Assembly (NCBI RefSeq): GCF_000143415.4
Contig: NW_003314332.1
Location: 186,001-250,000 of the forward strand
DNA length: 64,000 nucleotides
Source: Selaginella moellendorffii
Lineage: Eukaryota > Plantae > Lycopodiophyta
Reading direction: 5' to 3'
This document shows positions 38,151-51,232 of this stretch, in pieces; the first letter of the stretch is position 1; each line of letters opens with the position of its first letter. The position numbers were made by a program, and so were the translations under genes. The notes beneath the pieces are model-generated. The model was not told the origin of the DNA and made no database searches. It saw nothing but the letters and a program-made list of their open reading frames with translations.

Positions 38151-38925
38151 ATAATTAATAATTAAATATTTTTTAATTTCATATACTTGTGTGTGTTTTT
38201 TTCAAAATACTCCCCATAGTACTGTAAGCCACAAATTTTTCCTTTCCAATTTGCCAGCTTACCTCGTCTATCCGACCAACACTGCCTTGGCTTTTGCTAA
38301 GTTCTCTCGCCAAGGTTCCCGCCTATGGTACCAGCTCCTACTTGGTTGTACTTGGTCTTAGCTACTCACTACACAAGCAACAGAGTGTTAGCCATCCATC
38401 CACGGATTCCCAAATCTCTCCCAATGCCCCTCTCCAGGTTAGACTGGACTTAAGGTTCAGCTACACTCCCTACAGGCACAAACAAGCTCTATTTTGTTAA
38501 AGTGGGAATTGTTATTATCCCACTTGTAAAATAAGGTTTCCAAACCTTTATATAGTATATAAATTTAATAAAATTCAACTGCATTGAGGCACATGCCATT
38601 TTATTTTAAACAAGGAAATGTCTACTCAATCACTTCTCCTCCCCCTGCCACTGCTTCACCTCTCTCTTCTCCTTGTCATCGTCGTCCAATTTCTTTCCAT
38701 CCTTTTAATATTGGCTTAGTTGCTCCGAGTCTAGGTGGAGCCCAAGTCCCCATTCAATCCTTACTTTCCCCTTATTAATAAAACAACTTTGTAGACTTCC
38801 AATAACATGCTGTAACACTTCTAGTATAATGCAAATCCTCTCAAAGAATTGTCTTTTAATATTAATACAATGGCATGGAACCCCATGCCATAATAAGTTA
38901 CATTTTTAAGTAAATACATGCCATC

Positions 38926-39810
38926 TCAGACTGTTATTTTTTGCCTCCAACGCCTATACAATAATCTTGGAATTTCATCACTCTCCACACTATCAGGATT
39001 TAAACCCAATAGTAATGCCATCTCTTCTCTAATACGTCCACGCTCATGTTCAGTGGTCGAAGAACCCATCCGGTTGAGTAGATTATGGAGATGCGGATAG
39101 TGCTTGGCTAGATAATATACATGCCATAAATGATGACTGGTGTCTGTCCGATCAAATGGCTTCTGATATACCGTTCCATCTGCCATTTGGTTGATTTCTG
39201 CAGCCACCTCCTGGACTGGCTGGTTCTCTATCACCATCGCTCCAAGCCGTTTTGCAAGGTCCCCCAGAACATACGGTTTCTTCTCCCTAGTTTCCATACT
39301 GCAAGAGATGGGGTGCACTGCATATGTGTGCGTGTTCGCTGCAGTTTTAATCGGCGAGTCATCGATGATGAGGATTTCACTTGACCTAGCAGTCCGGTTC
39401 ATCACTACAGCCTCTGGCTTGATGAAGATGGGCTTGCTACCCCTCACATGGACCATAGTCAAGCAATCCTCCTACGTTAGGAGAAAGTCAAATGGTAATA
39501 TTACTCGCATCTGATCGTGCATCATCTGTAGCAACGTTAATGCATTGTGGCGCATCATGGATGTCCAAACTCCCAATTGCAAATTGAACCCGGCCCTCTG
39601 TTTTAAGTGTCGCATGGTCATTATTAGATCCCGCAGTTTCTCCCGTGTGATTAATGTGAATCTGTCTCTTTTGACCAACTTGCGACCGTAGGCTTTGGAG
39701 GGTGCAGTGACATTCGAGGACGAGCCACGCTCATGGGAGAAAAGGACACCGTTCAGATCAAAAACGATACAGTACCTTCGCCGTGACTTTGAAATGAAAT
39801 GCGTCAACAT
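38926..39810 (-). pseudogene. FCP1/NIF-like HAD-superfamily phosphatase domain with a premature stop at 39472
   Basis: HAD motif I CIVFDLNGVL, motif II LGVWTS, FIKP and motif IV LIIDDSPIK. LLT*EDC is compatible with CAG>TAG. Confidence 0.75.
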
Positions 39811-41738
39811 AAAAAATGGTACAAGTCAATTTTACCATCTACAATATTAGCAAATGGTGCTCCCGATGGTCGTTGAGAGGGTTTTGGTCGAGGAAACGTG
39901 AAGGGCAGAAATACTCTCCTCTGCAATGTGGGGTCAATCGCATCCGATGGCGTGTGGGCACATGCCATTTCAGCTATAGACTCTGGTACAACTGGCTCAA
40001 CAGTGGCATGGGGTGGTTCCGATGGCGTGTGATCACACGCCATTTCAGCTGGTGCCTCCGTTGGCAAAGTGGACATGACCAAACAGGGAGCAGGGGCGGT
40101 GTAGGGAGGTTCTAACGGCGCGTAGTCAGACGATTGGGCACACGTTGAGTCCGTTGGAAATGAGGATACGACCGGTTCGGCTGCTGGGGCGGCCTCATGC
40201 GGGTCCAATGGCGCCTGGTCACCATCAGTTGGATACGTGGACAAGATTGACTCAGTGGTATGGGCAGCATCAAGTGGAGCGTGGTCAGCTTGCTTGGCGT
40301 TGATATGGATAGTAGCCTCCACCAGCTCTGATGACTCTTGCAGGTAAGTAGAGTCCACTGGCGGATCCATATGCATGTCCAAATATCTCCCTTCGATTGA
40401 GATGGTATCCTCCCGTGCTACTAAAAATAAACTCATTAGCACATTGAATCGACTATACTATATTTACCATCAACTACTATTGAGGAACTAGGATCGATAT
40501 CACTTGGGCGCATTGCTGATTTTGAAGGATTGGACATACGTTTCGACCCTTGCTTGGCACTATCCTTCCTCGACACTAAAGGCTAGAGTTTGTATCTTAA
40601 TTCAACTGAATAATCTCTACTTACCATTTGCTCTGCGACCTATATGGACAATGTTAGAAATGGTAAAAGGTTAGGAATGGATGTACTATTATTTACCTGA
40701 TGGTTTGTCTTGTATGACCTTCCTCTGCTGCTCTTTGGCCACCTCAGGCTGGCCATCGTCGTCATCATCGTCGTCGTCGTTATTGTGATCGTCACCATTG
40801 TGAGGACCATCCAAGTCCTCTTCGTCCTCCTCTTCTTTGTCCTCCTCTTCGTCCTTCTGCTCTTCCTGCTCATTATCTTTCTCTGGCTCCTCATCCCCCT
40901 CCTGCATTTCTTCCATAGGCTGCTCAGGCTGGATGGCTTGTTCTTCCAGGACCATCTTGGGAAAATCATCTGGCCGAGTCTCCATCTCAAAATACAAGAC
41001 ATCCATAGCCTGTTTTAGTGCGTGACCTAGGACCGTATCCTCACCCGACTATCTTAACATGGTTTCTGCACGTTCTTGCACCCTTCGAAGACGACGAGAT
41101 GAGAAAAACGTGGCCCTGACTTGAAAAGCATCCCTCATCCATTGTACCTCTCCATTGAGATTGGGGAAGGGGAGTCTGCCATAGGAATCTGAGTCAGGAG
41201 GTGGTGACTGGCTGCTTTCACTCAGCCCTTGATCTGCAATGAATGGCATGAGCACACACGCCATAACCGCGAGGCATTACCTATCATCTTTTCGTTGCCC
41301 TTCTTCCTTTTCGAATCAAACGCCTCTGATCCCGGCGACTGTCCAACGTGCTTTCGCTTTTTATGACCACTGTCAGTTTGAGCTTGGCTGGTGCTTGCCT
41401 GTTTTGCCTTTGAAGAAGTGTCTCCTGCAAGGAATGGCATGAGACCACACGCCATTGCAAATATAATTTGTACCTCCTTTTTTCCTATTGCTTGTCTGTT
41501 TGTCCTTCTTCGACGCGCCACCAGTGCGCTTTTCAGTCCTCGTGTCTGAATATTCACAACGATCTATAATCAAAATGGCGTGAGGCCTCACGTGACCTTA
41601 CCTTGTGCAGGTTGTGAGCTCGGCCCAACATGGGTATCTTCAATAGTAGCTATTAATGCCGTTTCAGCATCTGGGGGTGGCCACGCTCCTGCATACAGAG
41701 CTTGTGAGATAACATTTAAACTTAAAGTGCGTACTCAC

Positions 41739-44300
41739 CAGGTTCGCAGAGAAGATACTGTTTTTCTTTGGCAACTGTAATTATATGCTCCATTGAAGTC
41801 ACCTCTTCAATGGAGTTTGTCACCGCAACACACGGGACACCCTTGAGTAGTGCGGCTTGAAAGAATAGTCCACCGCAGTTGTACTCGACAACGCATTTGC
41901 CCTTGGAGTCGGAAGCAGGTGACCCACCCGCTATTGCGTTGAAGACCCAGCTGAGCATTTCCCATGCTGCACCTGGAGCTTTCTTTGGATTCGAAAGCTC
42001 CATAGCCGTCTTCAGTTCCTCAGGCACGGGTAAATTGACCTCCCTCAGATCAATTCGATCGGCCTTGTCGAACGAAGCTGGGAAGTCACTCCAGTCCCAC
42101 TTTGCTGTAGGACCAATAACAAGGGCGAGTGTGAAGATGCGGACATTTGTCGGTATCTTCTTCTTAGCCATTATCCCATGGATCTCCCGCATCTCCTTGC
42201 CTTTCAACCGAGCCTTCACCTCATTCAAGGCCTTCCAGAACTTGTGATAGGATTCGGAGTCGTAGATCATATAGTGGACTGAAGATTCCACCTCCGCAAG
42301 TCCCACCATTAAGTCAATGATGGAGCTGACTTCGTCTGCATGAGTGATCTCCTCGTTTGTGAAGTCCATCACACAAAAGATGTTCTTGACCTGCTCATCT
42401 CCGCGGGAAATGATGCTCCTCCACCTTTGATCCTCATCCGAATTCACGTATACCCGGTAAGGTTCTCGATAGGCCTCTGCTGCGGGGTCGAGCTGTTTCT
42501 GAAGCCGGCGGTCGACATCCCTCTTAATGAAATTTGGATACTGATCCAACTTCTCAGCTTTACTTTTCGTGGTATCCCGCAGCAGATCGATGAACTTGGG
42601 GGCCCCCTTCACGTACTCGTCGATGTCTTCATTTGACAACTCCAGCGCTTCCATCATCTCTTGCGTGGTGTCGATGCTCACCCTCTCCACGGCCACTTGC
42701 TCGAAGATCCAATCTTTCAATAGCGCACGAGCTCTCAGAGTCGTGCACAAGTCCTCGTATGTCACAATATGGCCGAAAGTCATTTTGGTCTTGTTGAAGA
42801 CTACCTCACCACGTAGAAGAGCATTAGCCACTGTCAGAAGGTCGTCGTCGTCTAGAGACCGCGACAAACACAAGGCGTTAAGCTTCAAATCATTGGGCTT
42901 CCGGCCGTCCTCCACACCCATTGAGTTTAGCAACTCCCCGTCATGGTACCTCCTCAGCACATCTACCCATTTGTCAAAAACAACTTTTGTCGCGAGTAGA
43001 ATGTTATGGATGCTGAGTGTGTCATTGACCCCCAGTTTTTTCGAGAGAAGACTCGAGAATTCCTGCAATGGAAATGGCGTGAGGCCACATGCTATGCCAC
43101 ATGCAACGAGGCTTACCTGCCAGGCGCTAGTTGCTAGTGCACGTCCTTGTCCTAGTTTTTGTGGCTTCTTCAGTTGAACCCAGAGCTTCTGTGTTCGTGC
43201 CAATGTCTCGTGCAGACCCAATTTGTAGCACGTTTCTTGCTTGACATTCTGTGCGTGGGAGATGTATATGATAGATCTGAGGGGCGAGTTGCCTTTTATC
43301 AGGCGGACAACTCTTGTCTTGAAGACTTTCTTCACCTCCTCGCCCACCATAATATCCACAACTATCTCTTGCATCGCCAAGCTAGAATGCTGCCCGGAGA
43401 CGGCATAGAACCGGATGTTCTGATCGTCCAACACCTTCCTATTGATCAAGTCTAGAAACCTCGTCTCGCCCTTCATTGTTCGGTAGTAGGGGATCACGTC
43501 TACGATGTCGGGTGTTACTGGACTTGCCAGCATCTTCTGCTTCAGTTTCTCCACCCACTCATCAGATACTAGCCTGTGGTTGTATTTGCTTTGGATGTCG
43601 ATACGGCTCACGTCGATTGTATATACTTTGTTGGAATAGTAACAAGTACTATTATCTGCGATGATTTTTGCTGCCTCTTCTTGCTCTGTCTGCTCTTTGC
43701 GGCTCTTCTTTTTGGTGGGTGTAGTGTTCGAACCCGAGGCAATGGCATCACCGAGTAGCTTCATTTTTGGAGGAGAGTCGGACGTCGGCTTGAGCTTAAC
43801 CATCCTTTTCTGCTTTGGGGTAGTTTCCAGATCGACCCCCTTCCCCTTCGCTTTGCGAACTAAAAGCACTCTCAATGGCTCAATGTTGGAATATAGTTTT
43901 TGAACATCGCCGTAGGTGAGGTCCATGGATTCCATGTGATCTTCATAGACCCACAGCGTCTTTGAAATTGTGGGCCTCCTGGACAACCTCTCCCTAGCTC
44001 CCTCTAGGAATTCCTCATAGCCGCTGCCCCCCTCCGGGAAGCCGCTAGGATGTGCAAGGTGGATCTTGAAGGCAACGTTGTCTCTACCACAAGTGCCAGT
44101 CCATATTCTTGCATGGAACTGCATAGAGTGTCTGTCACTTGGATGAGGATCCCCATGCATTCTTTTCTCCCACCATCTGTGTTGTACAGCCTCAGATCCT
44201 CGCCTTCCATCCCGAAAGTCCAACTGGTGAGCTCCTCCCCCTTCTTTGCATCCACATTGACAGTGGCTGGAAGAAGAACGCAATTCCTCACCTGTTCAGA
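41739..44300 (-). CDS. Large protein exons: ParB/Sulfiredoxin-like domain plus C-terminal beta-class N4/N6 DNA methyltransferase-like fold (likely inactive); further small exons continue toward 39.8 kb
   Basis: IDVSRID...NHRLVSDEWVEKLKQKM...FYAVSGQHSSLAM is a ParB/Srx/DGQHR-type core. KKAP...GKCVVEYNCGG.FFQAALLKGVPCVAV resembles MTase motifs X, I and II. In-frame intron 43063..43116 and splice donor at 41738. Probable frameshift at ~44085. Confidence 0.6.
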
Positions 44301-45570
44301 AATGCACAACAATTAGAGCTGACAGATGAAAAGCTAGCAGCTGGAAATAATGTGAGGCCACACGCCATTCACCATTGCATCAGATGTCTTGAGGCTGCAT
44401 CCTAAGATGGCCTGAGGCTACACACCATCTGTAACTGGACTGCACTCGAGAGCCCAATCGGTGCATGCCAATGTTGGTACTGAATGGCATGTGGCCTCAT
44501 GCCATTTTGTACTTGCCCTAAAAGACTTACCATTTGAAGCCGAATGGAGGCGTTACAACCGGACTCGCTGGCGAATGTGCACTGTGTGTGCAGTGGATCG
44601 TAGCAGCAAGGCTACTCTGCCACTTATAGTTGGAGAGTGGCGCTGAAATCTCCCGGGACGCCAAGTGGGGGCGGAGTTGGCGGCGAAGTTACAAACTGGG
44701 TGTGTCTTGAAGTGGATGCCGATGCACACGAGCGCGATGCGAGCGCGAGTGTGATGCAAGCGCGAGTGGACGCTGATGCACACGAGAAACCTGTAGAGAA
44801 GGTAGATGAGCGCGAATGTGAGCGTGATCGCGAGTGGGAGCGCGATGCGAGCGCGAGTACGAAGCAAAATGCAAAACCTAACCTCACACGCGCGAAATGT
44901 CACGACGGTTGGTAGTCCCGCCACGTCATCATTCCTCGGACTTGGGCGCCACCATTAATTTCTGGATCACCGCGCGCATGCATGCACGTGAAATCCAAAA
45001 GAAATCCGCAATGTCATCATTCCTCGGACTGCATGCACGCAAAATCCAAAAGAAAGATCATGATTGGGATATCATTTAATACCCTCGCTATATTTATACC
45101 ATGCATGATTGGATATTCCAAAGCATCTTGTATTTCCAAAAATGCTAGATGTTCAGCTAAATAAATTGTCAGAGGATTTGATGTGACGTTCAAGCGTGTG
45201 GGCTCATGCAATTTTGATCCCAAAAAATGCACTAAAAATTGCTCGGCGTCATCTGGCATTATCTCTTGAATGGTGTGGGGCCGCATGCCATTTTCAGGGG
45301 CACATAGGAGTATATTCCTAGAATATTCTAACACGCGCGAGATTGTTTTGAGTTTTCTGGAGATCCAACCGTTAGATTGCAACTAGATTTTACAGAATGG
45401 TATACAATGTCCTTCTTGATGACCCTGCAAATAAGCATCTCAATCGGACACCACATGAGACCACACGAGCCTTACAATGTTTCATGGGCATTTGCCATAG
45501 ATCCGACCGTTATTTTGCTCCAAGATTCTACAGTTTGGTGTGCATTGACCTTTCCATCGACACTGCAAAG

Positions 45571-48108
45571 CATAGTTACGAACACGAACATGGAACACGA
45601 ACAGGAGCCTCAGATTTCAGGAACCCGAACACAGAACACGATCACGGCCCACGATGGCTCACGAATATTCTACTGAATATTCTAAGAATATGTTATTTAA
45701 AAATTATATTCTTTTTCTTATTATATTATTATAGGAATATGCTATATTTTATTATATTATTCTTAATATTTTTATTTGCACATAAACTACTTCACACTTT
45801 TAAACTACTCAAATATCCTGCATCTCATCGTCATCTTCAACCTCATGATCTTCGACCTCACGATCTTCGACATCATCTCCATCTTCCTCTTCCTGTCCTG
45901 ACTCAAGCTCGTCTTCAAGATGAGGAACTGTGTCCAGGACTTTGTAGCTTACAAACTTGTCGTAATCACGATCATTTTTGCAGGTTAACAACCTGGTGTT
46001 GCAAGCCACAAAAACCAGATCCGCTGTCCTGTCCATGGTAAGTCTGTTCCTCTTTTTTGAAGAAACATGCTCGAAAGTACTGAACAATCTCTCCACCGAG
46101 GACGACGAGCATGCCTGACTTAGAACTCGAATGGCCAACTTTTGAAGAGCTGGAGAGTCATAACCATAGTCCTCCCACCAACGTACAGCTCCCCTCTTAG
46201 TGCGATCAGCCTTAGCATCATATGAGTTGAAAATGCCTCCTATCCTCCGGTAAGTTAAAAGCTCATCACGTATCACATCCCTCTCACTGGATGTAAACAT
46301 GGCCAGCAGATAAGCATTCCAGTCCTTCATGACCTCTCTGTTAGCATGCTTTTCATACTCCTAAAACTCGGGGTCCAACATGTATGCCACCGAGTGTATG
46401 AGCGAGTGATACTCATGCCACCTATTAGACATGATCTGATGAAGTTCCCTGTACCTGCCATAATCCGACTGTCCTTCCTCTAAACTTGCATCCAACCTGT
46501 TCATGCACTCATATATCTTTCCAATCGCAGGTATATCACCGTCCACAACACGAAGAAGCAGCATAACATCCTTGGACACCTCTAGCATGTCCTTAACCTG
46601 TTGCCAGAAACTGTCATCAAAAACCGTTGCATAACTGTCCCTTCCTGCTCTCGACTTCGACTCAGGCCTTGCTCTGTACGCAGGGCATACGAACATCTGT
46701 TGTAAAGCTTCTCGGAGCTCCACCAGCCTCTCCATCATAATGAAGTTGTAGCCGAACCTGGTATCACAATAACGCAGCAATCGCTTGTTAGTAAACTCCG
46801 CCAGCAGTGCCACTATATGAGAGTGGTTTCTAACGAAGATCACCAAAGACTTTCCACGCTCCAGAAGTGTTGCCATCCATGGAAGTACACCGAAGTCTTT
46901 CAAGGCATTGTTCAAGCAATGGGCAAAACATGCTGCCCATTGAATTTTCGGGTACCTCTATTGCAAAAGTGCTGCTGCTGCTCTGTTTGCATTTTCCCCA
47001 TCGGTCACAACCATGACAACGTTCTCTGCACCTACAATGTTAATGCCTTCTTCCCAGCAGCGCAGAGTATTTTCAGCTGTTTTTCCTGTTAAGGAAATGT
47101 CGATAGCCTTCAAAAAAGCTCCTCGTCCTTGACTATATGCCACAAGCCCCATGATATGCCGATTCCTCCTATCTGCCCACCCGTCTGCGCATATGGTTGC
47201 ACCCCTCTACTCCCACAGCTTCCTCAAGGACGCCATCTCAATGTCAATGAATCGTTTCTCTTTCACCAAAAGCTTATCCCGGAGATCATCATATTTTGGT
47301 GGTGCATAAGGCACACCATGCCTGGCAACTTCCTGTATCATGTTGAGGAAGTAAGGTGACCGAGCCTTGACAAATGGAATGTGTTCATTCCAGAAAAATC
47401 TTCCGATAGCCACATCAACTCGGTTCTTCCGCTCAGGATCCATCGAATCAACAATATGGACTTGACTCTGTTTGCTAAAAAACAGGGAACTGCAGCCACT
47501 TCCACTTGACTGGGATTATACCACCGGTGGAAATCCTTGGACATTGCCATCCATTCTCATAGAAGCACCACCAGATTCATTCGGCCGTTTCTTCCCCCTT
47601 GCCCCTTTCTCGAAATCAATAACCTTTTGCATATTGAGCAGATCCGCTTTCTTGTTACCTGGGATGAGAGGACAACTCACAATATCCTTGCTGCCTGGGC
47701 CTTCTCCTAACAGATGAGCTCCCACATGATCAACACCACTCAGTTTGTTCACCATTGGGCAGTATTTGCATGACCATAATTTGTGGCCATGCCCCCTGCT
47801 CTCAAGAACACTTACCTCATCCCACCATCGCGAAGAAGGATGCTTTCGCAGTATGCTGGATTGCTGCGCCATGCTTGTTTGCCTTGGATTGCTGCTGCTG
47901 TGCCCTGAAATGGTGCGCCCTGGCTAGATTGTCGTGTGATGCCGTGCGCCCTAAAACCAGAATATTCCGCGCGAGAATATTCTAAACAGTGGTCCGTGTT
48001 ACTAACACGGACCACTGTTCACGAACACGGCCGTGGGAACACGACCCATGGCCGTGTTCGTGAAACACGGTGAACACGGCCGGGATCCAGGCCGTGTTCG
48101 TAACACGG
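45571..48108 (-). mobile_element. hAT DNA transposon with 16-bp imperfect TIRs and 8-bp TSD
   Basis: TSD CTGCAAAG at 45563..45570 and 48109..48116. TIRs CATAGTTACGAACACG / CCGTGTTACGAACACG. Subterminal AACACG repeats. Confidence 0.95.
45809..47872 (-). pseudogene. hAT transposase (BED finger, DUF659-type core, hATC dimerisation domain) with premature TAG codons at 46958 and 46361
   Basis: WSCKYC..H, VMVVTDGEN, CDTRF, AYMLDPEF and WWEDYG...LAIRVLSQACSSSSVERLFS. Confidence 0.92.
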
Positions 48109-48310
48109 CTGCAAAGGGACATCACAATCAGATGCGGGATCACAAGAAACCAACTTCACTAACTCTGGTTTCACCAAGATCTACGTAAGGAGTTATGAAA
48201 TGAAAGGACCTTCTCTATTGAAATGTGTTTATGGTCCTAGGGGCATTGTGACATATCAAAGGATTTTGCATCAAGTTCTGTATTTGCATGTTTATCAAGC
48301 TACTGAATTG

Positions 48311-48344
48311 CTAAACCCTAAACCCTAAACCCTAAACCCTAAAC
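48311..48344. repeat. Interstitial plant telomeric repeat (CCCTAAA) x ~4.5
   Basis: CTAAACCCTAAACCCTAAACCCTAAACCCTAAAC. Confidence 0.92.
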
Positions 48345-50050
48345 ATGTGGCAAATGCTGCGTGGAGAAAGATGCCCTTTCTGGGCAAATGCTGTAAGAGG
48401 CAGATACCGAGCAGATGTATCTCAGGCTAGCGAAGGGGACAAACAAAAGCTAGCTATAAACATGACGGGATGCAAATAGATTACTAGGCTGGTCCTGCGA
48501 AAATCAAAAACCATAATTGAAAACATTGAAAATGCAAAAAGAAAGGTTTATAATATTTTTGAATTTTAAGCAACCAAAGGAATGTAAGTAGGGCATGTGT
48601 TTGTAAGTTTAAAAATGCCTCAACCACTTAAATTCCCAAGTAAATAAAGCTGTTTCTATTTTTGGTACAGGTAAACTTTATAGCATGTGGGCTCATGCAA
48701 TTTTGAACCCAAAAATGCACCAAAAAATGCTCGACTAGCATTATTCTTTGAATGGCATGTGGCCTTATATTGCCATAAATGGACGTACACACACAGCATA
48801 ATTATTCCTTTATACGGCGAATAATCTTGGCGCGGATCGCTGACACGGCATGGCAAAGTTCGAATCACTGACATGGCACAGCTGGATCGAGGCAAGGACA
48901 TGATGTGACAAAGTTCAACCTCCGACAGCAAAGTCTAGAAGCTACTCAGTTTGAAATTTGTCAGAGGAATCATAAGATCTGGTTTGTCAGACGATTTGAT
49001 GTGACGTTCAAGCGTGTGTTATTTTTGAATTCTCGAACTCATTCCTAGGTCTATCATTTTTGTGCGCCGTGTTCTTGGTTCCGTTGAGCGCAGTGAGCGC
49101 TGCTTGTGTAAGCAGCGTTGTGAGCTGTGGTTTATGCGTCTACAAGCGGTTGCGGCATTGCGAGCGCCATTGCGAGCGGCAGTTTATGCGAGTGGCAGTT
49201 TGTGCAAGCGGCGCTACGAGCAGTTGCGGTGTTGCGAGCGGCGCTACGAGTAGTTGCGGTGTTGCGAGCGGCACTGTCTTTGGTGTGGCTACCGCTTCCT
49301 CTTGATATTCGGCACTTGTGCTTCCTGGTATGTTCACCATGAAATGGCTTAGGACCACATTTAGAAATGGCATGAGGCCACATGCCATCTTGGGCCCTTG
49401 CAATTTCATGGCTAGCGTATTGTCATGTATGTCTTCGATGGGAATGTGGTCGCTATTGAACGAGGAGAGGTGGTCGTCGGGGTAAATGTTGTTGTTGCCT
49501 TGAAAAATCTGCAGAAAAAAGCAGATGTTGGGGACAGCGCAAGTGCGACGCATGTTCCCTCCGTGGATCTTAAGAACCGTGCTACATAGATTCAGGCAAA
49601 GGTGTTTCTAAACAACCCCGAGGGGGAGGTGGTAGCTGAGAGCTTAGCCACAGTTGTCGATCCAAGAGATGCGGTTGCTAATCAAGAATTGGGCTGGGAT
49701 GATATTGGAGTTGCGATTTTAGAGGTTGTTGACACAGAAGAAAACAGTCTGACTATTGGAAGCATTGTGCGGTGGAAATTGAGGCATTTAGTGTTTGAGA
49801 ATGTGAAGGATTCACAATCAAACACCACTACAACTGATGACAAAACATCTCTTCATGGGAAAAGAAAGTACACCTTCTTAAAGCGCAGCCAAAGGGATCT
49901 GAGCAACGAACCGAAAAGGCAGAAAATAGCGATGGAGGTTCGAATGGTCTCGACAGTTGCTTGTTACAAGAGGAGGTGCTGTCAACATGCTGATTCGGAT
50001 GCTATTGAAGAGGAGAGAGCAAGATACAAGACATTGTCCTGGAAGGCAGT

Positions 50051-51194
50051 TGTAAGAGACTAAATTTTCCATTCTACTTTAGTCACTTAACCACACCTCT
50101 GACCACTTGGAGGAGTCTCATTCACAACCTCCATAAGTCCAATCCAGGACTTGGGACTTGCTAGCCCCGAGAATGGCATCCATGCCACTCAACATTTGCA
50201 CTTGGTCCAAGTGCTCCACGTGTCCGATCCCATGACCGACACTCAAAGGTACCACCGACATAGCAGCCCGTTACGCTGAGGCCATGCCCAATCACCTTTG
50301 CCACATTGGTAGTCCAATACCACTTGCATCACAGTCTTGGCTCCCAAGACTAGGCAAACCATCCGTGAGTGGTCATCTCAGATCCACTCCTTAGCATCCT
50401 TAGGATGCCCACCGACAAGGGGATAGCCTTCCCCAATATCCCTCTGTCAGTCCCCACTAAGTCCCTTTCTGCCCCTGGTCGTGTTTGCCAAGACTGTCAC
50501 TGGATCGAGACCCACAGGCCCGACCACTAAGTCCCACAGTCCTCTGGGACTTCCTCACCACACGACTGTGTCCTTGGTCACTACCCCAGAGGACTGCTCC
50601 TCTTCCTTTCCACAGTCTGGGCCTTTGGGACAACATTTCGGAACACCGTGGCCTTACGCGAGCCACCTGGGTAATCTCCTCGCCTTCTGCCCTTGGGTGC
50701 TCTAGCCATGGGCTTAGAGCGGGTTCCGTTGAGCCACACCAGGTATCCAAGTAGGTAGTGCCACCCACACTTGGACTGGGAGCATCGGCCAGTCGATCTC
50801 CCGGGGGAACTAGAGCCGGCTCTTGAACACTTCACCAAGCTACCCCGCTTGTCGGTCTGTGTTCACTCTAGTCTTGGACTTCCCAGTGGGCAGCTCATCA
50901 CCCAACACTGGGTCCGGCCTTCCTGGGCCAAACTGGCCAAACTGGCCAAACTGGCCTTTCCTGGCCAAACTGGCCTTTCCTGGCCAAACTGGCCTTTCCT
51001 GGCCAAACTGGCTCCACTGCAGTCCTCCCCCTTACTATACTTTTGGAGCTCACCAAACCCCCCAGGGTCTGGGAGACGAACGCTTTGGGCTTTCACCCTC
51101 TCAGACTCGAACTCGGACTCGGACTCGGACTCGGACTCGGACTTGGACTCGGACTTGGACTCGGGCTCGGGCTCGGTCTCGGCCTCGGTCCCGA

Positions 51195-51232
<38 letters not shown>

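Noticed and set aside
48311-48344. True chromosome end
   Set aside because: Only ~4.5 units, embedded in continuous internal sequence.
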